Shown: positions 27,668-37,081 of the stretch, piece by piece | Layout: the number at the start of each line of letters is the position of its first letter | Numbering within the stretch: position 1 is the first letter of the stretch | NCBI GenBank assembly: GCA_044226625.1 | Contig: JBGAGQ010000022.1 | Location: 1-64,000, forward strand | Source: Thermoanaerobaculia bacterium | GTDB lineage: Bacteria > Acidobacteriota > Thermoanaerobaculia > Multivoradales > UBA5704 | DNA length: 64,000 bases | Reading direction: 5' to 3' | The notes under the pieces: generated by a model | The model's input: only the letters and a program-made list of their open reading frames with translations | Database searches by the model: none | What the model was told of the DNA's origin: nothing | Made by a program: the position numbers and the translations under genes

Positions 27668-30600
27668 TGGCGGGGTTCGCCCTCTTCCTGCTCTGGCTCC
27701 AGCTCACGATCCCGCACGAGCGATGGCTTGTCGTCGACCGATCGGGTTCGATCGAGACGTTCGAGCGAGCCCCCGATCTCACGGTGGAGCAGGTAGGGCG
27801 AGCCTCCTCCGTCTGGGCCTGGTCGGCTCGGACGGCGCCACGCCGCGTCGAGCTTCGAGGAATTCGCCCGGATGCGCTCCCGGTGGACGCGGCCCGCCTG
27901 GCAGTTCGTGTCGAAAGGCGCGCTCCCGGTAGGGCGCCGGCGGATCTTCGCCTCGTCGCCGCGCCGATCGAGATGTGGACATCCCTTCCGGAAACGGTCC
28001 TCCCTTTCTGGCCCGTTCCCGCCGACGGTCGGTTATCGATTCCGTTAGATCGCGATCACCCGGTTCGACTTCGCGTCCTCGGTCGGGGGGAGGGCAGCTG
28101 GTGGGTCGACGTGCCGGCCGGCTTGACGGAGACGGGAGTCGCCACGGTCCCGGCGCGCGGCGTCGACCTTCAAGTCCTCGACCCGCACGGGAAACCGGCG
28201 AGGCCGATCCAGGGCACGCTCCAGAAGCCGCGCGGCAACGTGGTTCAGCCATGGTCCGGTCTGCGGGGGGAAGAGGGAAGGATCATCCTGGATGGGTTAC
28301 CGGATCAGGAGGAGATCTCTCTGCTCCTCCGTCACCCTTCGGGAGCGCCATTGCTTTTGGTGGGGCGGCCCAGCTCGCTTCCGGCCGAGGCCCGCCTTTC
28401 CGCCTCCGCGGATCTCAGAGGGCGACTCCTCGATAGGCAGGGAGCCCCGGTCGCGGGAGCGAAGGTGGACGTCGAAAGTTGGGTCTCCCACGACCTTCCG
28501 ATGATGCATCGAATGCGGACCGTCTCCGACGTCCGAGGACGGTGGCGCCTTGAAGGGTTACCCACAGGAAGGGTTGCCTTGACCCTTCGCGCCGAGCGCT
28601 TCGTGCCGGTCGTCGAGAGGTTCGAGATCGAGCCTGGCGAAAGGGATCTCGGAGACCTTCGCCTGGATCGAGGCGCGGAGCTTCGGATTCGGGTGGTCGA
28701 CGAAGAGGGACTTCCCGTTTCGGGAGCCCGGATCGACGTCGGGCCGGCTGGGGAGCCGACGATCGCGGACGCCCGCGGCGTCGCCCATCTCACGGGACTG
28801 CCCCAAGCACCGGTCGAGATCCGAGCTACGGCGCGCCATTTCCAGCCGGGGCAGGTGCGTCTGAACCCGCCGTTCCCGATCGATCCTGAGCTTCGGCTTA
28901 CGAGAGCATTTACGCTCGCAGGACGCATCGTCGACGAATCAGGACGTCCCGTGCGATCGGGCCTGCTCACGGTGCATACCAAGACGTGCAGCACCGATTC
29001 GTCGCTCGGGGAAAATGGGGAATTCGATGTGGACCTACCTCCGGGTTTGGCGGGAGAGCTGGCGTATCGGTCTCCGGTAACCCGGGAGCTGCGGGTAGCA
29101 ATCGCACCCGGAGCACCGGGGGAGGTTCGAGATCTCGGGGACCTGGCCGCCGCGATCGGACGGGTCGTCGTGGGCCGAGTGGTTCGCTCGAGCGACGGTA
29201 CCGCCGTTGCGGGGGCGCGCATCTGGACCACCCGGCAGGGGGCGGAAGGGCCGGACGTCGCTTGGGCGACAGGAGACCTCCTGCAAGCAAGTTCAGGAGG
29301 TGACGGCCGTTTCGCTCTGCGCGGTCTCGTCGAAGGGGCGATCACCCTACGCGTCGAAGCTCCCGGTTTTGCCCGATCGCAGCTTGGCCTTTTCCTGGGA
29401 GTGCCGGCGGAGGAGCGATCGGATGACGACGTGGGAGACGTCGTGCTGACGGGTGGCGCGCGGGTCCGAGTACGGGTCGACCCGGAAAAGGTCGGTCTCG
29501 ACGGGGCGATCGCCCGGGTCGATCTTGGAAATCGCTGGCAAGATGCTGATCTGCTCACGGCGCAGGTTTTGGACGGCCTCGCGGTGATCTCGGAAGTTCC
29601 CGCCGGGGAGGTGACGGTGACCGTCCTCTCGAATCAGCGTCTGCTCTGCGAGCGTATCGTCACGATCCTCGAAGGAGGGGAGCAAGAAGTCGAGTGTTCG
29701 AGCCCAGCGGTGACCGTGTCGGGTCTTGCTTTGATCGGTGGCATGCCCGCGGGCGGCGGCTCGCTCGCCTGGCGGAACGCGGGAGCCGAGTCTCAGTCCG
29801 GCCTGATCCAAAACCACGTCTCGCCAGGCGGCCTGCGCCAGCAGCAGGTGGCGGGTCTGGGAAGACCTCAGGTCGACGTGGCGGTCGGGCCGGACGGGAG
29901 ATTTGGAACCGACCAGTTGAGCCCGGGTCTTTGGCAGGTTTCTTGGCGCCCGGAGGCCGGCTCGTTCTCCGGCTCGGTGCGCGTCGAAATTCCTCGCGGC
30001 GAGCGCTTCGACACGGTGCTCCCCTTCGACGGCCTGGCTCTGGCGGGCCGGGTGACGGATGCGGAAGGCCAGCCTGTCGAAGAGGCGAGAGTTCGCGAGC
30101 TCGAGACCGGTGCTTTCGCCTTAACGGGATCGGACGGCTCGTTCGTGTTGGCGGGTTTACGTCCCGGCAAGGCTCAAGTCCAGGCGCGGTTCCGAGACCG
30201 GACGAGCGGGCTCAAGGAGGTCGCGATCGCGCCGGCCGAGCTTCCCGAGCCGATCCTTCTGGTGGTGGATCGAGACGAAACGCCCTCGATCACCATTGAG
30301 GTCGTCGACCTCACGGGCGCTGCGGTTCCTGGAGCGTTCGTGTTCCTCGAGCAGGAGGGAAAGGGTGTTCAGATCCTCTCCACCGCGACGGATGGCTCGG
30401 CCCAGGCGGTGGTTGAGGCGCCGCTACCGAAGCGGGTCCGGGCCGCCGCATACGCCGGAGGCGTCTGGGGATTCGGAACCTGGGCGACCTGGCCGGAGGC
30501 GGCGACCGGCTTGGCCGTGGCCCTTTCCGGCGGCGGCGCTCTCTCAATTCGCAGCGATCGACTTTCCGGACTTCCCGTAGTAGCCCAGGGGAAAGGCTGG

Positions 30601-30768
30601 GACGTTTCTTGGCTCCTTCGCCAGTTGGGAGAGCCTCTGCAGATCTCGTCCGAGAAGCCGCTTGCGATCGGCGGACTGCCGGAAGGGCGATACGACGTGA
30701 GCCTCGGCTCGGCGCGGATCAGCGTCGAGGTCTTCGAGGGGAAGGTAGCGGAGGGAACGCTCGACTGA
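27667..30768 (+). CDS. large carboxypeptidase regulatory-like (transthyretin/Cna-B fold) repeat protein
   Basis: TGATG coupling to the upstream gene; repeated 'GRxxDxxGxPVxGAxV' and 'DGRFxLxGL' units. Confidence 0.8.
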   Translation: MAGFALFLLWLQLTIPHERWLVVDRSGSIETFERAPDLTVEQVGRASSVWAWSARTAPRRVELRGIRPDALPVDAARLAVRVERRAPGRAPADLRLVAAPIEMWTSLPETVLPFWPVPADGRLSIPLDRDHPVRLRVLGRGEGSWWVDVPAGLTETGVATVPARGVDLQVLDPHGKPARPIQGTLQKPRGNVVQPWSGLRGEEGRIILDGLPDQEEISLLLRHPSGAPLLLVGRPSSLPAEARLSASADLRGRLLDRQGAPVAGAKVDVESWVSHDLPMMHRMRTVSDVRGRWRLEGLPTGRVALTLRAERFVPVVERFEIEPGERDLGDLRLDRGAELRIRVVDEEGLPVSGARIDVGPAGEPTIADARGVAHLTGLPQAPVEIRATARHFQPGQVRLNPPFPIDPELRLTRAFTLAGRIVDESGRPVRSGLLTVHTKTCSTDSSLGENGEFDVDLPPGLAGELAYRSPVTRELRVAIAPGAPGEVRDLGDLAAAIGRVVVGRVVRSSDGTAVAGARIWTTRQGAEGPDVAWATGDLLQASSGGDGRFALRGLVEGAITLRVEAPGFARSQLGLFLGVPAEERSDDDVGDVVLTGGARVRVRVDPEKVGLDGAIARVDLGNRWQDADLLTAQVLDGLAVISEVPAGEVTVTVLSNQRLLCERIVTILEGGEQEVECSSPAVTVSGLALIGGMPAGGGSLAWRNAGAESQSGLIQNHVSPGGLRQQQVAGLGRPQVDVAVGPDGRFGTDQLSPGLWQVSWRPEAGSFSGSVRVEIPRGERFDTVLPFDGLALAGRVTDAEGQPVEEARVRELETGAFALTGSDGSFVLAGLRPGKAQVQARFRDRTSGLKEVAIAPAELPEPILLVVDRDETPSITIEVVDLTGAAVPGAFVFLEQEGKGVQILSTATDGSAQAVVEAPLPKRVRAAAYAGGVWGFGTWATWPEAATGLAVALSGGGALSIRSDRLSGLPVVAQGKGWDVSWLLRQLGEPLQISSEKPLAIGGLPEGRYDVSLGSARISVEVFEGKVAEGTLD

Positions 30769-30849
30769 GGGAGGGCGCGAGATCCGCCAGCCGCGCGAAT
30801 CAGAACGATTGGGCGGCTCATTCGGTTTGAATAGCCTGGCCCTCCCGTT

Positions 30850-33102
30850 TCAAGCCGGCAGGGCGGCGAGACGCTCGATCACTTCGTCGGCGTTCGCGGG
30901 ACGGTCTTCCGCTCGTTTCTCGAGCAGGTTCTCGACCAGCGTGATCCACGGTTGCGGGAGGCCGGGGCGGATGCGATGGAGGTCGGGGACCGGGCTCTGG
31001 AGATGGCCCATGGCGATGGTGGTGAAGGTCTCGCCATGGAACGGCTCGTACCCGGCGAGCAGGGCGAAGGCGAGGATGCCCACGGCGTAGAGGTCGGAGC
31101 GGCCGTCGATCGACAGGCCCTGGAGCTGCTCTGGGCTCATGTAGAGCGGGGAGCCGACGGCGAAGCCGGTCTGGGTGAGCCGGACGTCGTCGCCGATCTT
31201 CGCCACGCCGAAATCGAGGATCTTGAGCCGCTTGTCGTTCAAGATCACGTTGCCCGGCTTCAGATCGCGATGGACGATGTTGAGCGCGTGGGCGCTGCCC
31301 AGGCCGGAGACGATCTCGGACAGGACGCGCCGAACCTGTTCCAAGGGCATCGGCTCGACGTCCTTCATCAAGACGTCGAGACCCTGCCCCTCGATCAGCT
31401 CCATGGTGAGGAACAGGCCGCCGGGGAAGCGGCCGAAGTCGAACACCCGCACGACGTTCGGATGGTCGATTTTGCGGCAGATCTGGAGCTCGCGCAGGAG
31501 CCGCTCCTCGTGCTCGTTGGAGCTTTCCCCCTGGCCGCGCATCACGGTTTTGATCGCGACGACCTCACCGAGCGCGGTGTCGCGCGCCTTGTAGACGCAG
31601 CCCATGCCTCCTCGTCCGAGCGTGCCGAGGATCTCGTAGCGGTTCGCGAGGCGGTAGCCGGCGGGCCATTCGCCTGAGGAGAGGACCAGCGGCGGCCGAA
31701 CCGGCGCCTTGTCCGCCAGGGTGCGCAGCTTGAGCGCCGCCTCGGCGTAGTCGGGCTTGAGGGCGACGGCCAGTCGGTAGCGGGCGAGCGCCTCGGTGAT
31801 CGAGCCGAGCTCCTCGAGAACTCGCCCCTGCCAGTAGAAGGTTTCGGCGCTCGCCTGGCCCGGAGGTCCGCTCGCCGACGGCGTCTGAAGGCGGGCGAGC
31901 GCCTCGTCGAACGCGCGTTGCTTGAGCAGGATCGGGGCGAGCATGTGGGTCGCGGTGATGTATCCGGGGTCGGCGGGCTGGACCGATCGCAGGACCCGCG
32001 CGGCACGCGAGGCGTCGTTCGCCTGGGAGTAGGTGCGCGCGGCGTCGAGCATTCGGCCGGCCTGCTCGAGCGCTGAGCCCGCGGCGAGCAGGTCTCCAGC
32101 GCGCAGGTACATGCGCGCGGCGGCGTCCGCTTTGCCGGCCGCGAGATAGGAGCGACCGGCGTCGGCATAGCGCTCGGCGCGATCGAAGGCCTCGGCGGCG
32201 CGCAGGGGATCGCGCGCCGTCTCCCAAGCCGTCGCCGCCCGGGGCCAGTCGCGCCCCTGCTCGAACAGCTCGGCGGCCTCGCGCATCTCGCCCAGGCTCA
32301 CGTACTGCTGAGCGGCCTCGATCGGCCGACCGATCCGGCGTAGCGCTTCGGCTTTGAATCGGCGGTCGAGCCCCCGTCGCCCTTCGAGCAGACGGAGCGC
32401 TTGGTCTTTGTCGCCGGAGGCGAGGAACGCCTCGATTTGTGCGCGTACGTCGCTTTCGCCTTCGAGCGGCCGGCCGGAGCCCGGGGGAGCGGGGAGGGTT
32501 CCGGTCGGCCGGCGAGGCGTCTCGCTCTCCGGCATGACGGGCCGTCCCGACGCCCGGGCCAGCTCGTTCCGCTGCCGTTCCACCCGCTGGAGGACCGATT
32601 CGGCCGCCGGGTCCGGTCCACGGCGCAGAATTTCACGTAGACGCGCCGCTTCCAGGTCGAATACGCGGAGCGCGTCGTTCGGTTGTCCGGCCTTTTGGTA
32701 AAAGAGCGCCGCCTGATCGTAAGACTTACCACGCTCGAAGTACGTCGCGGCTCGGCTGTGCTGATGGAGCTTCAGAGCGGCCTCGGCGGCTTGCTGCCAA
32801 TCTTCGGCCAGATCGAACAGGGTGAGGGCCTCTTTGACCTTGCCCGATTTGGCGAGCAGCTCGGCGGTCTCGGCGGCGTCCAGCCCTTCGTATCCCTCGG
32901 GGATCCGGCCGAAAAGTGTCAGGAGCGTATGTTCTACCGCGGCAGGTACGTTTCGAAGGTCGACCGCGAGCTTCGCCGCCTGCTTGTGATCGCCCCCCTT
33001 GGCGTAGAGCTTCAACGCGTCGGCTTTCCGCCCTTCTCGCTCGGCAGCCGCGGCGCGGGACCTGGGATCGCCGAACAGATTGGAGAACAAACTCTTGGTC
33101 AT
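30850..33102 (-). CDS. TPR-repeat Ser/Thr protein kinase
   Basis: 'LGRGGMGCVY', 'VAIK', 'HRDLKPGN', 'DFG', 'YMSPEQ'; N-terminal helical repeats. Confidence 0.9.
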   Translation of the reverse strand: MTKSLFSNLFGDPRSRAAAAEREGRKADALKLYAKGGDHKQAAKLAVDLRNVPAAVEHTLLTLFGRIPEGYEGLDAAETAELLAKSGKVKEALTLFDLAEDWQQAAEAALKLHQHSRAATYFERGKSYDQAALFYQKAGQPNDALRVFDLEAARLREILRRGPDPAAESVLQRVERQRNELARASGRPVMPESETPRRPTGTLPAPPGSGRPLEGESDVRAQIEAFLASGDKDQALRLLEGRRGLDRRFKAEALRRIGRPIEAAQQYVSLGEMREAAELFEQGRDWPRAATAWETARDPLRAAEAFDRAERYADAGRSYLAAGKADAAARMYLRAGDLLAAGSALEQAGRMLDAARTYSQANDASRAARVLRSVQPADPGYITATHMLAPILLKQRAFDEALARLQTPSASGPPGQASAETFYWQGRVLEELGSITEALARYRLAVALKPDYAEAALKLRTLADKAPVRPPLVLSSGEWPAGYRLANRYEILGTLGRGGMGCVYKARDTALGEVVAIKTVMRGQGESSNEHEERLLRELQICRKIDHPNVVRVFDFGRFPGGLFLTMELIEGQGLDVLMKDVEPMPLEQVRRVLSEIVSGLGSAHALNIVHRDLKPGNVILNDKRLKILDFGVAKIGDDVRLTQTGFAVGSPLYMSPEQLQGLSIDGRSDLYAVGILAFALLAGYEPFHGETFTTIAMGHLQSPVPDLHRIRPGLPQPWITLVENLLEKRAEDRPANADEVIERLAALPA

Positions 33103-33156
33103 GGTGCCGGTTCGGTTGAATCGCAGGCACTGTATGCGGTTTCCGTGCCGATTTCA

Positions 33157-33307
33157 CCCCCCTCCAGACCTCCCCCGCAAGCGAGGGGGAGGGACCCTGC
33201 GACGGGGGTATGAGTCGAGCGGAACGATCTCCGGAACCAGCTCCGAGCCTGGGAGAAGGGGCCTGCCTTGCCCTTCCCCGTTGCGGGTGAGGATCGAGGT
33301 GGGGGCG
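33157..33307. repeat. REP doublet (REPIN-like), copy 1
   Basis: CCCCCCTCCAGACCTCCCCCGCAAGCGAGGGGGAGGGA ... CCCTTCCCCGTTGCGGGTGAGGATCGAGGTGGGGG. Confidence 0.7.
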
Positions 33308-33308
33308 C

Positions 33309-35639
33309 TCAGACCGGCAACGCGGCGATCGCCGTGCGGGCGGCGGCGGCGTCGGGAATGCGATCCTCGGGTGCCTTGGCGAGGAGCTTCTCGATCAGCT
33401 TGACCCACTCGATGCCGAGATCCGTACGATGCTTCCTCGGATCGGGGACCGGGCTCTGGAGGTGGTTCATGGCGATCACCGTCATCGTGCTGCCTGTGAA
33501 CGGCTCGCGCCCCGTGAGGAGTGCGTAAGCCAGCACCCCGAGCGCATACAGGTCCGAACGCCCGTCGAGCGCCATGCCCTGGAGCTGCTCCGGGCTCATG
33601 TAGAGCGGCGAGCCGACCGCGAAACCGGTCTGAGTGAGCTTCGAGTCGCCGGCCATCCGGGCGATGCCGAAGTCGAGGATCTTGAGGTGGCGTTCGGCCA
33701 GAATGACGTTGCTCGGCTTCAAATCGCGATGGATGACGTGCAGCGCGTGCGCCTCTTCGAGGCCGGTCGCGATCTCGGTCAGGACCCAACGGATCTTCTC
33801 GAGGGGAAGCTGGGTGTCGCGGCGGATCAAGGAGTCGAGCCGCGCCCCTTCGAGGTACTCCATCGTGATGAAGATGCCGCCCGGGAAGCGGCCGAGGTCG
33901 TACACGCGGACCACGTTCGGGTGGGTGATCTTTCGGCAGATTTGGATCTCACGCAGCAGGCGCTCCTCGTGATCGCCGCTCGCGCCGTCTTCGCCCGGAC
34001 GGCGCAAGACGGTCTTGATCGCCACCAGATCGTCGAGCTCGTGGTCACGCGCCTTGTAGACACGCCCCATGCCTCCCTTGCCGAGCTCGCCGAGGATCTC
34101 GTAGCGGTCGGCGAGGCGGAAACCTTTCGGCCACTCGCCGCTCGGTGGAGCCTGCGCCATCCGGAGCGGCTGGGTCGGCTCCTCGGGTGCGGCGATCGTT
34201 CGCCCGGGGGTGGGGAAGCGCTGGGTCGCCGGTTGTAGTCCCGAGGAGAGAGCGAGCGCGCGTTGGGCCGCGTCGGCCTGGTCGGGCTTGAGGGCGAGTG
34301 CCTGGCGGTAGCGCGCGACCGCCTGGGCCGCCGAGCCGAGCGCTTCGAGGACGCGCCCCTGCCAGTAGAAGATCTCCGCGCCGAGGATCCCCGCACCGGC
34401 GGCCGAATCCATCCGCGGCGTGAGCGGCTGGAGGCGGGTGAGCGCCTCGTCGTACGCCTTCTCGTCGATCAGGATCGGGGCGAGCGCGAGCACCGCGGCG
34501 GCGTAGTCGGGGTCTTCCCGCGGTACCGCCCGTAGGATTCGCGCGCCCTGGGCGCGGTCTCCCGCCTTGAGCAGAGCCTGGGCCGCATCGAGCCGCTTGC
34601 CCGCCTTCTCGAATGCGGTCGCCGCGGAGCGCGGATCGTTCGCTCGAGTGAACGCTTTGGCTGCCACCTCCGGCTGGTTCGCGGCGAGGAAAGAGCGTCC
34701 GGCTTCGCTCCATTTTTCGCCCCGCACGAACGCCTGCGCGGCGCGGACGGGTTCCTTGGCCGCCTCCCACGCGCTCCCGGCGCGGGCGAAATCGGTTCCC
34801 TGCTCGAAGCACTCCGCCGCTTCGCGCATCGCTCCGGCGGACACGAACATCTGACCGGCCTCGACGAGCTTGCCCGCTTTTCTGTACGACTCGGCCTGAA
34901 ACCTTCTGTCGAGGGTCGGGTTCTGTACTAGCAAGCGGACCGCCTCGTTCGGCTCGCCGATCGCAAGAAAGGCCTCGATCGCCTCGCGCACGTGCCCCGA
35001 TTGCTCGAGCAGCCGAGCGGAACGCGGAGTAGCCGCCGCGGTCCCCTCTTTGAGCAGGGCCCCGGCTTCGCTCTGCTTGCCTTGGCGCGACATGATGGTC
35101 GCCCGTTCGAGCTCGACTTTGCGCAGGGCTTCTTCGGCCTGGGGATCGGGTCGGGCGCGGAGCGCCTGTTTCAAACGGTTCGATTCGAGCTCCAACACCC
35201 GGGCCGCGTCGGCGATCTGTCCCGCGCGCTGGTAGTAGAGGGCGGACTGGGCGTACGACTTCGCCCGCTCGAAATAGCGCGCCGCGCGCCCCGGCTGCTG
35301 GAGCTTGAGGGCGGTATCGGCCGCTTGAGGCCAGGCGGCGGAGAGGTCGAAGAGGGCGAGCGCCTCCTCGCGGTGGCCCGCCTTGGCGAGCAGCTCGCCG
35401 GCCTGGCTCGCGGCGAGGTCCTCGTATCCCTCGGGAATCTTTCCGAACAGGGCGAACAGCGTGAAGTTCACCGCCTCCTGCGATTTTCCGATCACCGCGG
35501 CGATCGTCGCCGCCTTCCGAAAATCGCCCCCCTTGGCGTAGAGGCGCATCGCCTCCTCCCGCCGTCCGTCTTTCTCGGCAGCGGCAGCCTGCTCTAGAGG
35601 ATTCCCGAACAGAGAAGAGAAAAATCCGCCCTTGGCCAT
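33309..35639 (-). CDS. TPR-repeat Ser/Thr protein kinase (paralog of 30850-33102)
   Basis: 'LGKGGMGRVY', 'VAIK', 'HRDLKPSN', 'DFG', 'YMSPEQ'. Confidence 0.9.
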   Translation of the reverse strand: MAKGGFFSSLFGNPLEQAAAAEKDGRREEAMRLYAKGGDFRKAATIAAVIGKSQEAVNFTLFALFGKIPEGYEDLAASQAGELLAKAGHREEALALFDLSAAWPQAADTALKLQQPGRAARYFERAKSYAQSALYYQRAGQIADAARVLELESNRLKQALRARPDPQAEEALRKVELERATIMSRQGKQSEAGALLKEGTAAATPRSARLLEQSGHVREAIEAFLAIGEPNEAVRLLVQNPTLDRRFQAESYRKAGKLVEAGQMFVSAGAMREAAECFEQGTDFARAGSAWEAAKEPVRAAQAFVRGEKWSEAGRSFLAANQPEVAAKAFTRANDPRSAATAFEKAGKRLDAAQALLKAGDRAQGARILRAVPREDPDYAAAVLALAPILIDEKAYDEALTRLQPLTPRMDSAAGAGILGAEIFYWQGRVLEALGSAAQAVARYRQALALKPDQADAAQRALALSSGLQPATQRFPTPGRTIAAPEEPTQPLRMAQAPPSGEWPKGFRLADRYEILGELGKGGMGRVYKARDHELDDLVAIKTVLRRPGEDGASGDHEERLLREIQICRKITHPNVVRVYDLGRFPGGIFITMEYLEGARLDSLIRRDTQLPLEKIRWVLTEIATGLEEAHALHVIHRDLKPSNVILAERHLKILDFGIARMAGDSKLTQTGFAVGSPLYMSPEQLQGMALDGRSDLYALGVLAYALLTGREPFTGSTMTVIAMNHLQSPVPDPRKHRTDLGIEWVKLIEKLLAKAPEDRIPDAAAARTAIAALPV

Positions 35640-35726
35640 CCGAAACGATTCGCCTTTCCGCCCAAAGAGATGGGGGGAGTATAGCGCGCGGCGGAGAAAT
35701 CCCCGGAAGCGCCGGTGCGGCGATTC

Positions 35727-36884
35727 CTAAACGTCCCGCTCCAACGCCTGCCGTGCCGCTTCGAGCGTCGCGCGGAATCCCTCGCGGTCGCGCACTTCGA
35801 CGAGATGCTCGAGCTCGTCGATCGCGTCGCGGGCGGCGGCGTAGACCGCGGTTCGGTGCGGGTTCAGGCGCTGGATGTCGAGGTAAAGGTCGGGATCTTC
35901 GGAAAGCACCGAGAGCGCGGTGGCCGCCTGGCGGGAGAAGGTCGTCGAGGCGCAGTCGTAGAGCTCGCGGGCGCCAATGCCGGAGCGGGTGAGCGCGGTG
36001 CCGAACGCCAGGTTGGAAAGATGAGCGAGGCCGAGCAGCCAGCCCATCAAGCGGTCGTGATGAAGGAACGGTACGACCACGAGCTTGGTATAGGGGTGAT
36101 TGAGCAGCGGCTCGAGGAGCGCCCGCTCTTCGTCGAGGTCACCCTGCGCCGCGAGAACGAAGGTGAGCGGTTCGAACAGCGATTTGGACGGTCCGAACAT
36201 GGGGTGGAGAGAGAGCATCCGCAGGCCCTGGGATCGGGCGGCTTCGAGCGGCTCGCGCAGCTGGTCCTTGATCGAGGCGATCTCGATGACCAGACCGCGC
36301 GGCCGGCGCGCCGCGATCTCTTCGAGCACCGCCGCGGTTACTCCGAGCGGCACGGCGACGAAGATCGCGGCGTAGGCATCGAGATCTGCGATGTCCGCCA
36401 GGCCGGCGAACCGGCCCGGGACGGGCACGTCTCGAGAAAGCGGCGCCTCCTGCGGCAGCGAAGCGAACGACGGATCGAGCAGGTCGATCGAATGGCCACC
36501 GAGCGAAAGAAACCCGGAGAGCCAAGTCCCCATGCCGCCCGCGCCGCCGACCAGGAGAATTCGCTCGCCCTGGAGCTCGCGGAGCGCGATCCCCTCCCGA
36601 TGTTGTCGCTCGACCGAGGCGCGGAGAATGTCGCGAAAGATCTCCTCCATCACCATCTCCGAGATGCCGCACGGTTCGGCATGCTGGCGGGCTCGGGCCA
36701 GCACGCGCTCCTCGACGTCCTTGACCGTTACCGGCAGGCCGTCGCCGGCTTTGATCCGGCCGATTTCGGCGGCGATCGCCATGCGGCGACGCAGCAGCTC
36801 CAGGATGCCGCGGTCGACCCGGGAGATCGAATCGCGGAGGGTCGAAAGTTCGGTGGGCGGGGAAGGGATTCCGGGTGCGGTCAT
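35727..36884 (-). CDS. tyrA: bifunctional chorismate mutase / prephenate dehydrogenase
   Basis: N-terminal CM 'LRDSISRVDRGILELLRRR'; Rossmann 'GGAGGMG'; 'SIK', 'HPMFGP', 'HDRLM'. Confidence 0.85.
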   Translation of the reverse strand: MTAPGIPSPPTELSTLRDSISRVDRGILELLRRRMAIAAEIGRIKAGDGLPVTVKDVEERVLARARQHAEPCGISEMVMEEIFRDILRASVERQHREGIALRELQGERILLVGGAGGMGTWLSGFLSLGGHSIDLLDPSFASLPQEAPLSRDVPVPGRFAGLADIADLDAYAAIFVAVPLGVTAAVLEEIAARRPRGLVIEIASIKDQLREPLEAARSQGLRMLSLHPMFGPSKSLFEPLTFVLAAQGDLDEERALLEPLLNHPYTKLVVVPFLHHDRLMGWLLGLAHLSNLAFGTALTRSGIGARELYDCASTTFSRQAATALSVLSEDPDLYLDIQRLNPHRTAVYAAARDAIDELEHLVEVRDREGFRATLEAARQALERDV

Positions 36885-37081
36885 GGGGGTAGCTTAGCCC
36901 GACCCGGAGCTTAGACCTCGCGCGGGACGGGTGCCATGAAGTCCGAACGGGACGGAGATCACCCCTGGATCGAAAGTAGCGATCGGTCTCTCGCCGCTTC
37001 CGTCGCCCGTCCCAGCTCGCACGGCGTGCCCAAAGCGCTGTGCTACGCTCGCCGGCCAAATTTCCCGGGAGATCCGAGGCC

